Source: Coniocarpon cinnabarinum (taxonomy: Eukaryota). From it: a stretch of DNA of 64,000 nt. Positions 25,013 through 39,928 of the stretch are shown piece by piece. The DNA lies in NCBI GenBank assembly GCA_051942205.1, contig JAVECO010000078.1, forward strand, positions 1-64,000. The letters run 5' to 3'. The notes beneath the pieces were generated by a model, which worked only from the letters and a program-made list of their open reading frames with translations, was not told the origin of the DNA and did not search any database. The position numbers were made by a program, and so were the translations under genes. Each line of letters begins with the position of its first letter. Within the stretch, counting starts at the first letter, position 1.

Positions 25013-27431
25013 GCAGGTGCTGGCTATCACCTGCTTGCTTATTTCTTTGCCCTGCGGGCCACCTAGAATGCCTTACTCCGTAATAGTATGACTGTAGACA
25101 AGTCACACGACTTTTATGCACGCTATAAAGCCAAGCCTATGCGTATTCACGACGGTGGAGCACCACAAGTGGCATCAACATTGGATGCTCAAGTGTGCAC
25201 GACAGTCGAACCATTGGGTCTTGGCATTCATGTCCGAAGAGCGGAGCGTTCCGCCCAAGAGGGGCAGAAAGCTTGTGTTGGAGGATCGACAAGCCACAGC
25301 GCACGGATCGTCTCCATTGCCATCGTGCCATCCTCCTTTTCCTTTTTCACGTGTTGCGTTGCCATGCGGCGTTGCGCTTGACTTGTTCTGCCAACTTCCC
25401 ACCCCTTGCCCTTGCCACCACCGCCATCGACTTCATCTTTTCACTCCTGTCCTCGATACAATATAGGAAACCACAGTTACGCATCAGCAGACTTTGCTCA
25501 AGCACGGGAGTTTAGCAGCATCACCAAGACGTCTTCTTCGCTGCGCCAAGCCTTCAATAGCATCGACAATACCACCGGAGCATCATGGCTATTCCGCTTC
25601 CATTTCCGCCCATTTGCTTTCAGTGCGGCACTGATCAGAATCCTTGTCATTGCAAGGTCGTTGGTGAGTGAGCATCTTTGCAGTACGACGTCTGGCGGCT
25701 CTTCAGCGCAACCATGAGGTAAAAGCCATTGGCTCCGCGAGACCAATGGAGCTTGCGCGTCGAGCAAATGCTCTCTCAAATTCGCGACTTGGCCGTCAAC
25801 GCAGACTCCTCAGCAGTTTGGCGGCGCTGCAATGCATTGGAGAAGGCTTTGGGTTCTCTCTGAAGAACAATGTGCTGTTGCTCCGTTACAGGCGCTAACA
25901 TGACCTCTTGCAGGCCCTACACTTGGATTTCTCACCACGGTCGTACTAGCAATCGTGGTAAGTTCTCAGCTCTCCACGTACAATTGTTCAATGCATGCAC
26001 AGCCGTCGTTGCGACTGTCTGAAAGATCAACCACAGCTCACCTCGCTGCCAAGCTGGTCCTGCATCGAACTACTCGATGATTGTCATCCTGACGTCGCTG
26101 TTGCCCCCCTCCGACCTGGAAACTCCGTCACACATCCGCAATGCTGACTTAGCCATAGTGCTGGCCCGCCGCTCTCCTCTGTGGCTGCTGTATCAGCGAA
26201 GCCGGCAAGAAGTAAGTCTCCCAAACAACCACCACCTCTGTCACCACTACCTCATCATCACCGCCCCTTCAGCACCATCCCTCACCAGCAGCTCCCCTTC
26301 AAACAGCCCATCATTGTCCCGCACATTCACAGCAAAAACCAACTAAACCATATAGGATGCTCGCATTTCCAGCAGACACCGGCAATGCATTTAGTAATGC
26401 AATACCCATATGACCTATCCTTACGCAAGACGAATCCACGTCTTGCGAATACCACAGCAATGATATAGGAGGAAATAAAACGCATGCGTGAGCAACTGGT
26501 GTTGGTGGAGGATCCAAAGAACCTATTTACAGGACTTTTGAAGTTTCAGGACTTGCGAAGCATTGGGGGCTTTTGTATAGATTGGTATTCATTGGAGGAA
26601 CTTCAGGGTTTCGACTCGAATGCGCAGTGTGCCCTTATCGTGAACTCAACTCCCTTGCTGCTTCACGGATGTGATAGCTCGTTTCATGCAAGGTAAGCGC
26701 GTGGTCATCTACACTCTCCGCTCATTGATAGGGTGCTTGCCTTTAGCAGCGCCCAGCCAAAAATACAAGTATTTCTCTCTCTCACATCTGCAACGAATGA
26801 TAGACATCCCTCTTCTTGATGTGTCTGGACCATTACTTACGCTGTGTCTTAGCAACACATCTCTATAGCCACTCCCTCATCCATGATACTTCTCCGAATA
26901 GTAGCTTTGCTTTTAGTAATATTTTAAAAAGTAGAAGTAAGTGCTCGACGTACTATTGCGTAGTAGCGCTATCTGCCAGCAAAAGCCGATACTACCATAG
27001 AGTTATAAAAGTTATACATGAAAGTAACAGCTAAGTTTACATTATATATGGAGCTCCAGTGCTGCTATCTCGTAGCGATCCCATCCTTCAGCAGCACATT
27101 CGCAATTCTCCCACTAAACAAAGACGTCTTCTCCTAACCTCCATCTCGAATTAATCAAACTCTTGGATGCCATTCGCAGCAAACGAGCTCCCTACCGCGT
27201 TTTCGTCGCCTCACTACCCACTGACTCCTGTTCAGCTTCTCTAAAAACGCACTCACCTCAAACAGCCCGGCTATTACCAAAGTCCCGGACTCAGACGCAA
27301 AAGCAAGAAGCAGAGCCAAAACCAAAACTTGTCCAAACTCAAGACGTAGACGCAAAAATAAGAGAGTAATACTGTGAATTCCCTGATACGAACAATGAAG
27401 CCTGTACGCCTTATCCCGTTTTTGAACCTAC

Positions 27432-27460
27432 CCAAACCAAACCAAACCAAACCAAACCAA
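27432..27460. repeat. (CCAAA)n pentanucleotide microsatellite
   Basis: ~6 tandem CCAAA units read directly. Confidence 0.9.
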
Positions 27461-28008
27461 CTCAGACCAAGCCGCCGTGTGTATCGTTACGAGCAATGTG
27501 CCACCCATGTGACCTGTCCGCCTGACCTGTTTGCCAGACTCGTGTGCTTACCCAGAACGAGTCACTCCGCCTGCCCATGTTCGTAAGGCGTTGACGTCTG
27601 GGACGTCTGATCGTCGTCACTTCGTTATGTCCCTGTATCCCCTTTCCTGATTGTTGCCTATGGACTATCCTGGTCCTCGTCTCTGTGGACTTCCCAAGTC
27701 TCTGTCTCTTGCGATACTCCTGTTGTGTTTCTGTCTTTGCTATGTGTTGCGCACAGTCACCGATCTCCGCGCTATGATTTACACAGCGAGAGTGTCGGGT
27801 TTGCTAGGCTGTTGATGTTGCGGTGCTGTGCTGTGTCATGCTGTGCTGTACTGTGCTTTGTCATGCGTCGCGCGTGCGATGCCATCATCCAATTTAAGCA
27901 TCAATATGACTCACTCTCATCCTCGTCCTCATGCAGAGTCGGGAAGAGCACCCTTCTCCTAAGTATTCCCTCCCGAATGCAGTCCCGTAAAACTTCACTC
28001 TCCCGCCT

Positions 28009-31000
28009 CTAACGGTTGAGACCCTGGCCTCCACTCACCGTCCGTGCAGGCGCCATCCTGCGTTGCGCCGCGACAGCCTGCACAGCCTCCTGCTGCGCCT
28101 GTTGACTCCTTGCAAAGCTGGCTGCATTGAAGCCTGCACTCCCGGGTCCGCTACTCGGCGAATGGGCATGACCCATGTAAGCTCGTGGATTGATCGTGCC
28201 AGAATTGAGATCTTCCATTGAGCCTCCGCTGCCGACGTTGGGCGGACTGACGGAGCCATTCCCCGTAGGAGTATGAATGCCACTATGAGTGCCTTGGTTC
28301 GGGTACGCTGCCGCCGGTTGTTGCAGTCCGACCATATGCTGATGTTGGTGCATAGGCGCCCTCATAGCGCTGTCGTCGATGTAAGTAAAGTTCGTGGTCC
28401 GCGCTGCCGTCAAAGTCTGCAGTTCCCTAATCTGCGGCGGCGCCGTCCGATGCTGGTGCTTGAAGCACACGGGCACAATTCCCGGCGTCCGCGCGGGAGG
28501 CGCACGACACACGAGGGTCGTCTCGCCCCAGAAGACGGTGTTCGTAGCCGGCTGGTCACCGAACATTACCTCAAGTCCTTGGAAAAAGCCTGTCCCGAGC
28601 ACGGTCACCTCTTCACCGCCGGAGCGGGCGCTGCGTGCAGGAATCAGACGCTGCAAGATGGGTGGTCGAGCGAGGTTGATGCCAGGGGGAAGAGCGCGCA
28701 GCGCGTCTAGAGCTCCTTCGGGGACACTTTGTGCTGGCTGACCGTGTATGCCAGGAGGGCCGTATTGCATGCGAGATGTCGGCCCTGGAGATGGGGCGCG
28801 AGAGCCATGCTGAGAAGTCGGAGCAGAATAAAACTGTGATGGGTCGATCTCGTTCATGAAGTGGCTTGTTGGAGGATGGAGTGGTGTCGATGGGCCACTA
28901 GCAAAGTTAGTCGGCGTGCGGAGCGAGGCTTGGGCCATGGAACTGTCCAGCGGTGTTGATCCGAACCCGTTGGTGCCTGGTGTGAAGTCGAAGGTTGCTG
29001 ACGAAGGAGCAGATGTGAATCCAGCAAGCCCGGAGCCTGCGCTTGTATGTGCATTTGTATCTACTGTTTCAAGAGAGGTCATATGCAGGTTTGATGGGAT
29101 CCTGTTTGTCGAGCCACCGGACCGACGCTTTTTGGCTCCTGGCTGCCCGGCCGGAAGCGTGGGACTGGCCGGACGAGACAGGTTTCGAGGGGTTGCAGAC
29201 GCGGTATTTGGCTGCTGCTGCATCACGAGGTTGACCGACGATGACTGTCGAGCTAGATTCACGTTCTGAGGCGCAAATTGCCCCTGAAGATGCCGCAAGT
29301 CCGGCGTTGACTGTGAAGGTCGGAAGGGCAGATCCCGTCCTGCTGCTTGAGCCTGGGCCTGAGCCTGGGCTTGCACCGAAACGTTCATCATATCGGCCCG
29401 TGTTAGTGGGAAGAAGTTTCCTTGCTGATCGACGGACCCAGCTGGTGCGTACGTCAGGGGCCCGGGTTGTGGAATCGGCTGCTTGTGATCATCTGTGATC
29501 ATGATTGATGGCGACATTGCTTGGGTGACAATGACACCACTGGACGTCTTCAACGTGAAAATTACCCTGCGAGATTGCCTTGGTTATTCATTTGCGTGAT
29601 AAATCGAAACAGTGGAGGGGTTGACTCACCGGAAACCCACCTTCTCCTGCTGATGTCTGCAATAGCACGCGATTCGCATCGGAAGGTATACCGTCATGGC
29701 TTGAAGGTTATTGGTGCTCTGCTCTCTGACCGGGGTCTCTTTGTTACCTTCTGGTAAGCACCAATCTTTCAGCTCCGCACAGTTAAAGACGACTACCCTC
29801 TTAGCTTCATCTTGACTCCATTCCGACTCCTCGTCATGCTTCTTGGTCTTTTTGCGCGCTGCACGCTTACGTTCGCGTTGCATACATCCAACGCATACTG
29901 ACACAGAACCGCCATTGAGAGGCCGCGCGGGATTATCTTCGCCTGGTGGTTCCTCTTCTTCGATTTCATCGGGCTTGTTTGGATCGACCTTGACCTTGCG
30001 CATTGGCACTTCACCAGCGGCAGCTCTCTTTAATGCGCGGTCGACAGCTCCCAGTTTGTTGCGCATAGCGCTGGAACAGACCAAAAGAGTGTGCAGTTCC
30101 AGAGTGTCGGAAGCACCTTGAAACCGGGGTCGAATCTGGAATTTAGGTTTCGATATCGTGTACGTTGGTAAATGTATGCGCTTGAAGCCGGGTGGAGGAT
30201 TGTGCAACGTTATTCGAATGGGAATCTGTGTTTCGACTCGAGATTTTTCTGGAAGAGGATCGAAGGTAATCTGGCTAGACCATTGACTGGTGCTAGGGTT
30301 GAAAGCCTGAGGGTTCACGCTGGGTTGAAGGTCTGATGGCATAGCATTCCATGCGCCATATGTCATACCTTCTATGTTCGATGGGCCGCTTACACCAGTA
30401 TTCATCGACGAGCTGTTTACCTGTTGTGGGAGCGAGTTGTCAACGAAGGCGAGGGATGGCGACTCCCTTTCAGCTGTGTACACTTCATTTGGTGACTCGT
30501 CTCTAGATTCACCGAGGAAGAATGTCCTATTGGGTTGGACTGTGCTGACCTGCTCTCCCAATCAGTATACATATCTCACAGCCACTGCATGTGATGACTT
30601 ACGGGTGACTGAAGCGAAGTATCCATGTTGTTGTCGTCAAATGCCGTGTCCGGGAATTCGTCCGTGCCCGTTGCAAACAATTCCGCAGCCAAACCTCCTG
30701 GCGTTGCCGTAGCACCAAAATCGAAGCTGGCATCGGGTTGCAACGAAAGGTTGTCCATGTCATTTCGCATACTACTGTCATGATGTTGGAACTGTACACT
30801 CTCCTGGCCTTGACGCGGGTCGCTTGCATTTATAAAATCCGTAGCATTCTCCTCCGCTCTTCTGGAGGCTCCTTGCGAGTTCAATGGGGTCGTCTGAGAT
30901 CTTCCGGGCTGTTGTGAGGTCGCGGAGGAGTACGGCGCTGCATTTCTCGCAGCGAAAGGCGAGATTGAGCTTCCCGACGAATCCTCCCCAGACGCTGACG

Positions 31001-31280
31001 AGGTATTTGATTGTGGATTGTGTGGGAGAGTGCGAGGTTGTTGTGGCGCCTGGCTCGGCGGAGCTTGCCCGTCCTGGCTGTGCGCATGCAAGAAGTTGCG
31101 CGAGTTGGCTGGGGCGGCAAATTGTTCTGGCGCATCTTGAGGAAAGGTGAGAGACTGGGAATGCAGCTGCGGAGAGAAGTTGACGAAGGCGGAAGAGTCA
31201 AAGGTCATGTTCTCGTTGTCCCAGCCGGAATTCAGGTCGGAGTCGGTGAACATGGCATTGCCATTGAACTGTCCAGCCAT
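28009..31280 (-). CDS. SPT23: Spt23/Mga2-like transcription factor with IPT/TIG domain; introns ~30550-30601, ~29568-29629
   Basis: KSRVETQIP, LHLPTYTISKPK-like segment, CMQRERKRAARKK, CYCRHQQEKVGFR|VIFT, IMITDDHK, and the IPT motif GGEEVTVLGTGF..VMFGD..WGETTLVCRAPP. Confidence 0.88.
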
Positions 31281-32758
31281 GACGAACGAGGCTGCAGCGG
31301 TGTTGAAATGCACAAGAGTCGCGCTGAACGAGTGTAAGGGAGACGGTGAGAAAGGAACAGGCGCCTCCTGCGTTGCGGATAGTAGTGAGAGTAAAGACTT
31401 TCCGATGTAATAAAGCTTGTGGGTGAGAATGAATACACGGCGGGGGAGCCCGACAGAGGAGATGTTAAGACAGGGCGCTCAGACATGCTCTGCCATAGTT
31501 GTGACCTAATGAACTTGTCACTGCCGGTGGAGCACCGGAGTGAGGTAATGTGTATGTGTATACTCTGACAGGGTCGACCGCATGCCCTTGAGCCCCGCTA
31601 GGGAAGGAGAGGCCCGGCGCCGTGCAGCAATGGTCGAAGGGGCGCAGGCGATTAAGACGTGGCCCAGATCGCACGAGTACCACGGGCAGGAGTCGAGGAG
31701 ACTGGAGCACGGGCGGAGAGAGGATACCAATGGGCGGCTGCAGGAGGAAGTGGGTCGAGCATTACAGAAGCCGAGCGGAAGGGGGGAGCTGGTCTGCGGC
31801 TACAAGATAGGAAGAACTATTGACATGAATGCAACCCGGCCGTGCGAGAGGATGGGCGAGGCATGGATGTGGAGGAGTGGATGTGGAAGAGGGTGGATGT
31901 GTGGACGAGCACGAGCAAGAGCAAGGGCAAGAGCTGGCGAGGATCAGGATCACGAGCGTGAAGATCCACACCGACACACCCCGCACGAGCCACTAGCCCG
32001 CCCGCCGGCCTTGTCTGACCCTGTCCGCCGTCGATCCTTGGGGGGTGTCACGTGCCGCTTCTCCAGTACTGCTGGTCGTGCTGTTACCATTTCATTGCAT
32101 TGCAACAGTCACAGACAAATTGAACCCGCCGTCTCTGAGGCCAGCTCGTGCGGGCGTGGCGGAGCACCGATCTCAGCAACGAGGCATTGGCACAGCGGTC
32201 CAGCGGATCTCAGAGCTGCTTGCACGAACGGCGAACGCATCATACGCCTTCAGAAAGCAATATATCATCATGATGCAGCAAGTACTATCAGGTCGCTCGA
32301 GACCCTTGCTGTATCCACTTGCTTCATCGACACCCGGTTTGCAATTTGCCTATACAGTGACGAATGCTTGTCTATACATTCACAACAACCTTTTCCCCAA
32401 ACGGATTCGGCAGGATCCTCTCGCAGCCACCGGTCAGCCCGACGAGCCATGTCCCGCGCTGCCAGCAAGCGATCTGCGCCAATCGGTACATCTTTCATTG
32501 CTTGGTGTCGTTCCAGTCCTCGAGATCTTCAGCCGGTGGGTCTCATTATTGGCTTTGCAGGTCTTCCAGGGCGCATGCTGTCTGCAAGCTCTGGGCTGGC
32601 GTGCCCCACTCTCCCACACTCCCACACTCCCTCTCTCTCCCGCACTCCCACCCTCTCCCACACTCTCCCGCAAAGCCAGCCCACCCACTTGGTGTGCCAA
32701 ACCCCAGGTGCCGTGGCCGCCTCGGCTTTCACCAACGGTTTCCGTATCATCGATGAAG

Positions 32759-32785
32759 CCTCAACCCTCAACCCTCAACCCTCAA
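32759..32785. repeat. (CCCTCAA)~4 heptamer tandem repeat, next to a C/T-rich low-complexity tract (~32605-32670)
   Basis: Read directly. Confidence 0.8.
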
Positions 32786-32957
32786 ACCTCTGGCCCATCC
32801 GCGATCTCATTGTTCGCCACCCGCGTCATCGTGACCTTCTGATGTTCTCTTCATTGATAGTCTATAATGCATATGCATGCCTCCACTATGTCTCACGTGG
32901 CCATGACGACCTCTGTGTACAATGAACCGCACCCGCCAACAAAGGAAGAAATGCAGA

Positions 32958-35330
32958 CTACAGTTTGGCCCGAGGCCCCAACTTCGAATCCGCCTGGAGC
33001 GCCTCCTCGTACAGCTGGTCAATGTCCTTGCGGAACGTCTTTGCGGTCTGCGGACGTTTGAGCTTGAGCCTGAGCCACCTCCCATTAGCACTCGCAAATC
33101 TTTCGTGAAACCAGTGGCAAACTTACGTCGGGGTCAGCAGTCCATTCTCTACTGTGAATGGCTCATGCACTAGCGCCATGCTTTTCACTCTTTCGTAGGC
33201 ATTAAACCTGGATTGCTTCCCCGCCTTTTCTAATTCTTTCATCATGGCTTTCCGTACCTTGGGAGTCTTTGCCGCGGCTTTCAGGGCGTCAATATCATCC
33301 TCGCGAAGCTTGCGGTCGAGGACTCTGCTGGCAAAGGTGGCGAACATTTCCGGCATCATGGCTCCGATCAGAACGAGACTGCTCTGGGTGCTGTCACCAT
33401 GCACGTAGGCCGAGCTCATCCAAGGGCAATTCGCAAGGTATACGTTTTCGATCCGCTCCGGTGACACGTATTCACCCTGTGCTAGCTTCAACACGTTCTT
33501 TCGCCGATCAATGACTTTGAAACGTCCGAGATGGTCAATCTCAGCCACGTCTCCCGTACGGAACCAGCCGTCGTCGGTAAATGCTTTTGCCGTCTCTGCT
33601 GCGTCGCGAAAATATTCCTTGAAGATCACAGGCCCTCGAAGCAGTAGTTCGCCGCGTGGGTTCGGCTTATCTGTGCTCAAGTAGTCCATGTCAGGTAAGT
33701 CTACGAGACAAGCCTCTACCGAAGGTGCCAGCGCGCCACAATTTCCGACCGACATATCCCCTTCAAGCTGATTTAAGGAGACAGCATAGCTTTCGGTCAG
33801 TCCATACCCTTGAAGGAAATGCACACCAAATACGGCACGTAAGAATTGATGAAGGCTTGGATCCAATGGCGCAGAACCGGACACAAGGAACTCTGCCTTC
33901 TCCAATCCCAAAGCTTTGACCACTCTTTTGCCCCATATCCGATCGTATATAGCATGCTTGTAGGTAGCTTTTGGTGAGTCCGGATCTTTGAGATTGTCCA
34001 GTTTTGTTGCAACGATGTGACGAGATAGTGCTCCTCGAAAGCCTGGCGCGTCCGTTGTTGCGGCCTTGATTGAGGCGCCGAAGCGGTTGAAGAGGCGCGG
34101 AACGGACGCAAAACCTGTGGGTCTGAGTAGCTTCATGTCTTCAACAATTTCGAGCACATTTCCATGAAAAAAGCCGATGCGCGAACCGGCTGCCAATGTC
34201 CCATGCTGGCCTACGCGTTCGTAGATATGTGCCAGGGGCAAATACGAGAACATGCAGCCATCTTTCACCGGTACACATGCCATGATACTTGAAAAGGTGG
34301 CTGAGACGGAATTTGCGTGGGTCAGAACAACGCCTTTGGGGTTTCCTGTCGTACCGCTTGTATAGTTGATGGTGATGCTGTCTTCCGGTCGCGGCGGATT
34401 CAACGGTCGTTTGGAAGCCGCCCCCATCCTCTCCACCTCGGCGAAAGAAACCACTTTCACGTCCACGTCTTGGGCCATGTTCCTGAGTAGGTCTGCCTTG
34501 GTGAACCCAGGCTGCTCACCGTTATCCAGAGGCTCTAGTGAGACGACGACCTTGAGCGTGGGACAGCGCGACTTCAGCTTGATCAACGCCGGGACATGAT
34601 TTAGAGATGCGACAACGATGGACAATCCTGCGTGATTGGTGATATATTCGGTGGTGTCCGGACCCAGCGTGTCATACAAGGATACAGAGTATAGAGCTTG
34701 TGACATGCAGGCCAGATCTTTCCCCAGGATCAGCATCTGTAAGCCAGGGCCCATCGGGGGGGGGAAATGCTGCTCACTCACCTGTGATTTGCCATTCTGG
34801 TCTGTTAGTACACCAAATGCCGATTGGATGTTGCTTGCCAAACGACCCTGATGACTCCAGCAGATCTACGAAGCCTTTGCCAAGATTTGACCGCCTCGTT
34901 GCTATTGTTGCATAGTCTTGCCAGACATAGTCACCATAGGTTTTAGTGTTTGGATCATACGGCCGCCAACCAAAGCATCTTGACTTGGCGAAAAGCCTTA
35001 CTACTCGGATATCAGCGGACGGACATGAAGGGATGTGTGACGGTGAACGTCTATCCTGCTTACGCACAGGCTGTTTCAAAGAGGTCGTGTGCGGTTTGGT
35101 CCTGTCGAAAATCAGAAACACATTTTCTCTGTCCAGAGCGTGCACCAGCATACTTCCGTTAAGGTCTGAATAAGTCCATCGACAAATCTCCAGTGGCGGT
35201 AGACTTCACTGCGACCTTCCCGTTTCGAGCCCGGAAGTGGCACGCTATGAGGCTGACCAGGAGGCGGTGGTATGCGGAGTGGCTCTGAGACTTTGACTGC
35301 CGGTGTCTTGACCTCCTCAAACATACCCAT
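32958..35330 (-). CDS. Long-chain fatty acyl-CoA synthetase (Faa2-like) with PTS1 AKL; four introns
   Basis: YTSGTTGNPKG AMP-binding motif, SYLPLAHIYER, GYGLTE, WFRTGD, DRRKNVLKLAQGEY. The last exon reads TLKLKRPQ...PRAKL*. Confidence 0.93.
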
Positions 35331-36599
35331 GCTGTTGGCAGATCACAGTAGCTGGATCCCTTACGGGCGGCTCGACGTGCGAAGGCGGCTCTCAACCTAA
35401 GGTCTCGAACTCAGGATTTTATTAACTATCTCAAATCAGTAAGCTGGTCCAAGATTATTGGACTCTCGTCGCTCAGTCGAAACACGACAGTATTCGCCAA
35501 TCTTGCGAAATGATTGAGGCGGAGTCACGTGCACTCCTGAGAACGTAGGTGACCTCCGTGCAACATCACGAAAGCCTAGCCTACCCAGTTCTCCGATATC
35601 ATGGAGAAGCTCACAGGGATCAGGGAATACTTGCAGGGAGATGACTTACTGGTCTAAGGCCCGTATGCAAAGCTGACTAAGTGCCGTTGTGGACACATAT
35701 CGATGCACATATATACAAACAAACAGAGGACCAGATTGCCGCCAATAGCCGTCGGGATGGTGGAAGAAAAAGGAGACACTCGGACAGCAGAAGAATTGGG
35801 ATAGAACGTTGGAAAAGATACATGCTTGCAGATGCTCGCATGGAGAGACAAGCCTCGGCTTCTTTGCCTGGCGGGTCCACCATGGGCATCGGTGCCGGCT
35901 CTTGCTAGTCACACGTGACGACTCATCTCCGGAACAAACTTTTCCTCTCGGCGCTGCGCTCTGCAACGTTCAAAAGAGTGGGCATGCAAAGGCAAGGTCC
36001 GAGCTCGAATGCGTCGGCTGCCCCGGGTAAACGATCCCTCCGCGATGGGACTCTGACTCTCTGAGCCACACGACGTGCGCACGGATCAGCAGCTGGCGGG
36101 CGCGGCGGGCGTGCGGGTTCCTTGAGTGCAGGTGAGCTCCGAGTTGCAATAGGTACGATTCTCGTCATACCCCAGGCCATCTCCGAAGTCAAACCAACAC
36201 GTGCAGCTGGGATACTACACCGATGCGGACTTGGATCTCCTCGCGGGTTCCGCTGACGCATGTGCACCCCTGAAGAAGTGCCATGTCAGATGTACTGCCT
36301 GCCGTCGTTCAATGCTGACTGCACACTGCGAAGGGGATACCAAATCCAGTGCCCATTCCCTCCGAGTAATTAGCCAATCGTAATGTTACAGATTAACGCG
36401 GACACGCGCGCTCTGGCTAGGCTTCACAAGTCATACAAGTGTGATGCATGCGGCATTCGACAGGCCGTTCCGTGCAACATGTCCAATGATTATCAACGAT
36501 TACGCACGATCTTCCTCAGCAAGTGGATCAACAGAGTACACTGCATGCAGTTACCACGGCTTAGGCACGTAAAGAATTGCATGAGTGCTGGGCATCGCT

Positions 36600-38210
<1,611 letters not shown>

Positions 38211-39326
38211 TATCGCTAATATGCTTTCCTTGTAACAAGTGTTGGAGTGACTGGAGGCGTTCTGTCGGACTACCAAGACGTCTGGCGATGGCGAGTGCCA
38301 GATGGTCAGACAGAGGAGAGGGAGATGTTGCAGAGCTGTGCAAAAGGCAGTCTGGAAGCCGCAAGCACGCCATTCTTCGTCACGACCCAGAGCGATTGAC
38401 CGAGTGCGGAGCGAGGGTGCCTGAGTGCCTGAGTGCCCAAAGTTACGTGTCTACCGTACACTCACCAGCTGTGGCTTCAATTCCAGGAGTCTACAACCCC
38501 ACCTTGGCCATTGGCCTCTCGTCCCTCTCTTCGGCCGAAACTCCGCAACGAGTCGCGGTCAAAACACCTGTCTTCCCTGGTCCCTCATCGCCTGTCCAGC
38601 GACACGGAGACAACATTTTTGTTGCTCATATAGGCTGGCCTCAAGTACCGTCGTACTCAGAGCTTTGTGATCCGAATCATTTGTATTGCACAGGCTCGTT
38701 GCGAAATACCTGGACTGACAGCCGGCAACAGCTTTTGTCCATAGCCCTTGCCTGGATCGTCGCCGAGGATCTGACGTTTTGTTCTAATCTAGTTGAACTC
38801 GCTCAGGCTTGCGACAGTTTGAACCGTTGATTTTTGTCACATCTTCTCCACGGCTTAGACGAAATCCGACCACTTGCACAGCAGGTCTCGCCTGATAGAT
38901 CATGCAAGGGATAGACGTAGAGTGTTTGGTGGGTGCCCATACGACCCACGAGAGCAGCTCGACGAGGCTTCGCATCTGCCTGCCGGAAGGTGTTGAGGAT
39001 TGGTCGCACTGCAATGCTCCAAGCAATCCACCTCGCTCATGCAGACATGTCACATGGGCTGCAGCTGCCGAACCACTCACTTCCTTTGCTGAGGTAACAC
39101 AAGCTTAACAGCTTCCCAAAACATGAGGATTGTAGTCCGCAACGTTCCTCCTCCCCTGGGGGATCAAATGGATTACAATGCTATGCGCTGGAAGTAGGAA
39201 TGATGCTGCATACAAAAGACTGCCGTTTGCCCACGTACGAGCACGTCCGCAACCACACACGTGCAATACGTGACGATCGTTTCGCTTTGCTTTTTATTTG
39301 ACCCTATTAACGATCATCACACCAGC

Positions 39327-39928
39327 ATGCCAGCAACTACTCGTCAGTTGCCAAAGCATATTCGCAAGCTCCCTTGAGATTGCCTACTTACAAGGGTTTG
39401 AAGCCGCGGAAGTTGACGCGCTTCCTCAATGATGTGTTCGAGCTGAACACAGCTAGCCCTGAGGTCGAAGACCAGGCGGAAATACGCAACGCGCTTGGCT
39501 TCTGGAGCTGGCATATTGGCCGTTACCAAACATACATGAGCGAATACAAAGATCAAGCCGAAACGGTGGCTGATAGATGCCAGACCATTGCACAGCAGCG
39601 GCGCGAGGAAGAGAAGCGCAAAGACGAGGAGCAAGGTGCCCTTGACAAGCCATTTCATCCTCCCGGTGTGAAAAATATGTCCGCCCAAGCGCTCACTTAC
39701 TCATGGTTCGCCTGTCGGCTGGAGTCGATGAATCCATCCCAGATTGTCACTCGGGAAATCGCGGACCGTGAACTTGGACGCCTCTTACGCCAGTTTCCAA
39801 AAGGTCAATTCAGATCTGGAAAGACGATGACGAGCGCCGACGAACTGAGCGATCGGCTTTTGGGCCACGAATCTCGAGATTATTGGTCTTGCCGAAAGAA
39901 ACGTAGCGCCGAGATTGAAGAGGTCTAA
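39327..39928 (+). pseudogene. Orphan ORF with an apparent single-base frameshift near its 5' end (or a shorter gene from a downstream ATG)
   Basis: The ATG at 39327 reads MPATTRQLPKHIRKLP* and a second frame continues LRLPTYKG.. for 184 codons. Confidence 0.4.

Noticed and set aside
32759..32785. Interstitial telomere repeat
   Set aside because: The unit is CCCTCAA, not CCCTAA, and there are only ~4 copies.
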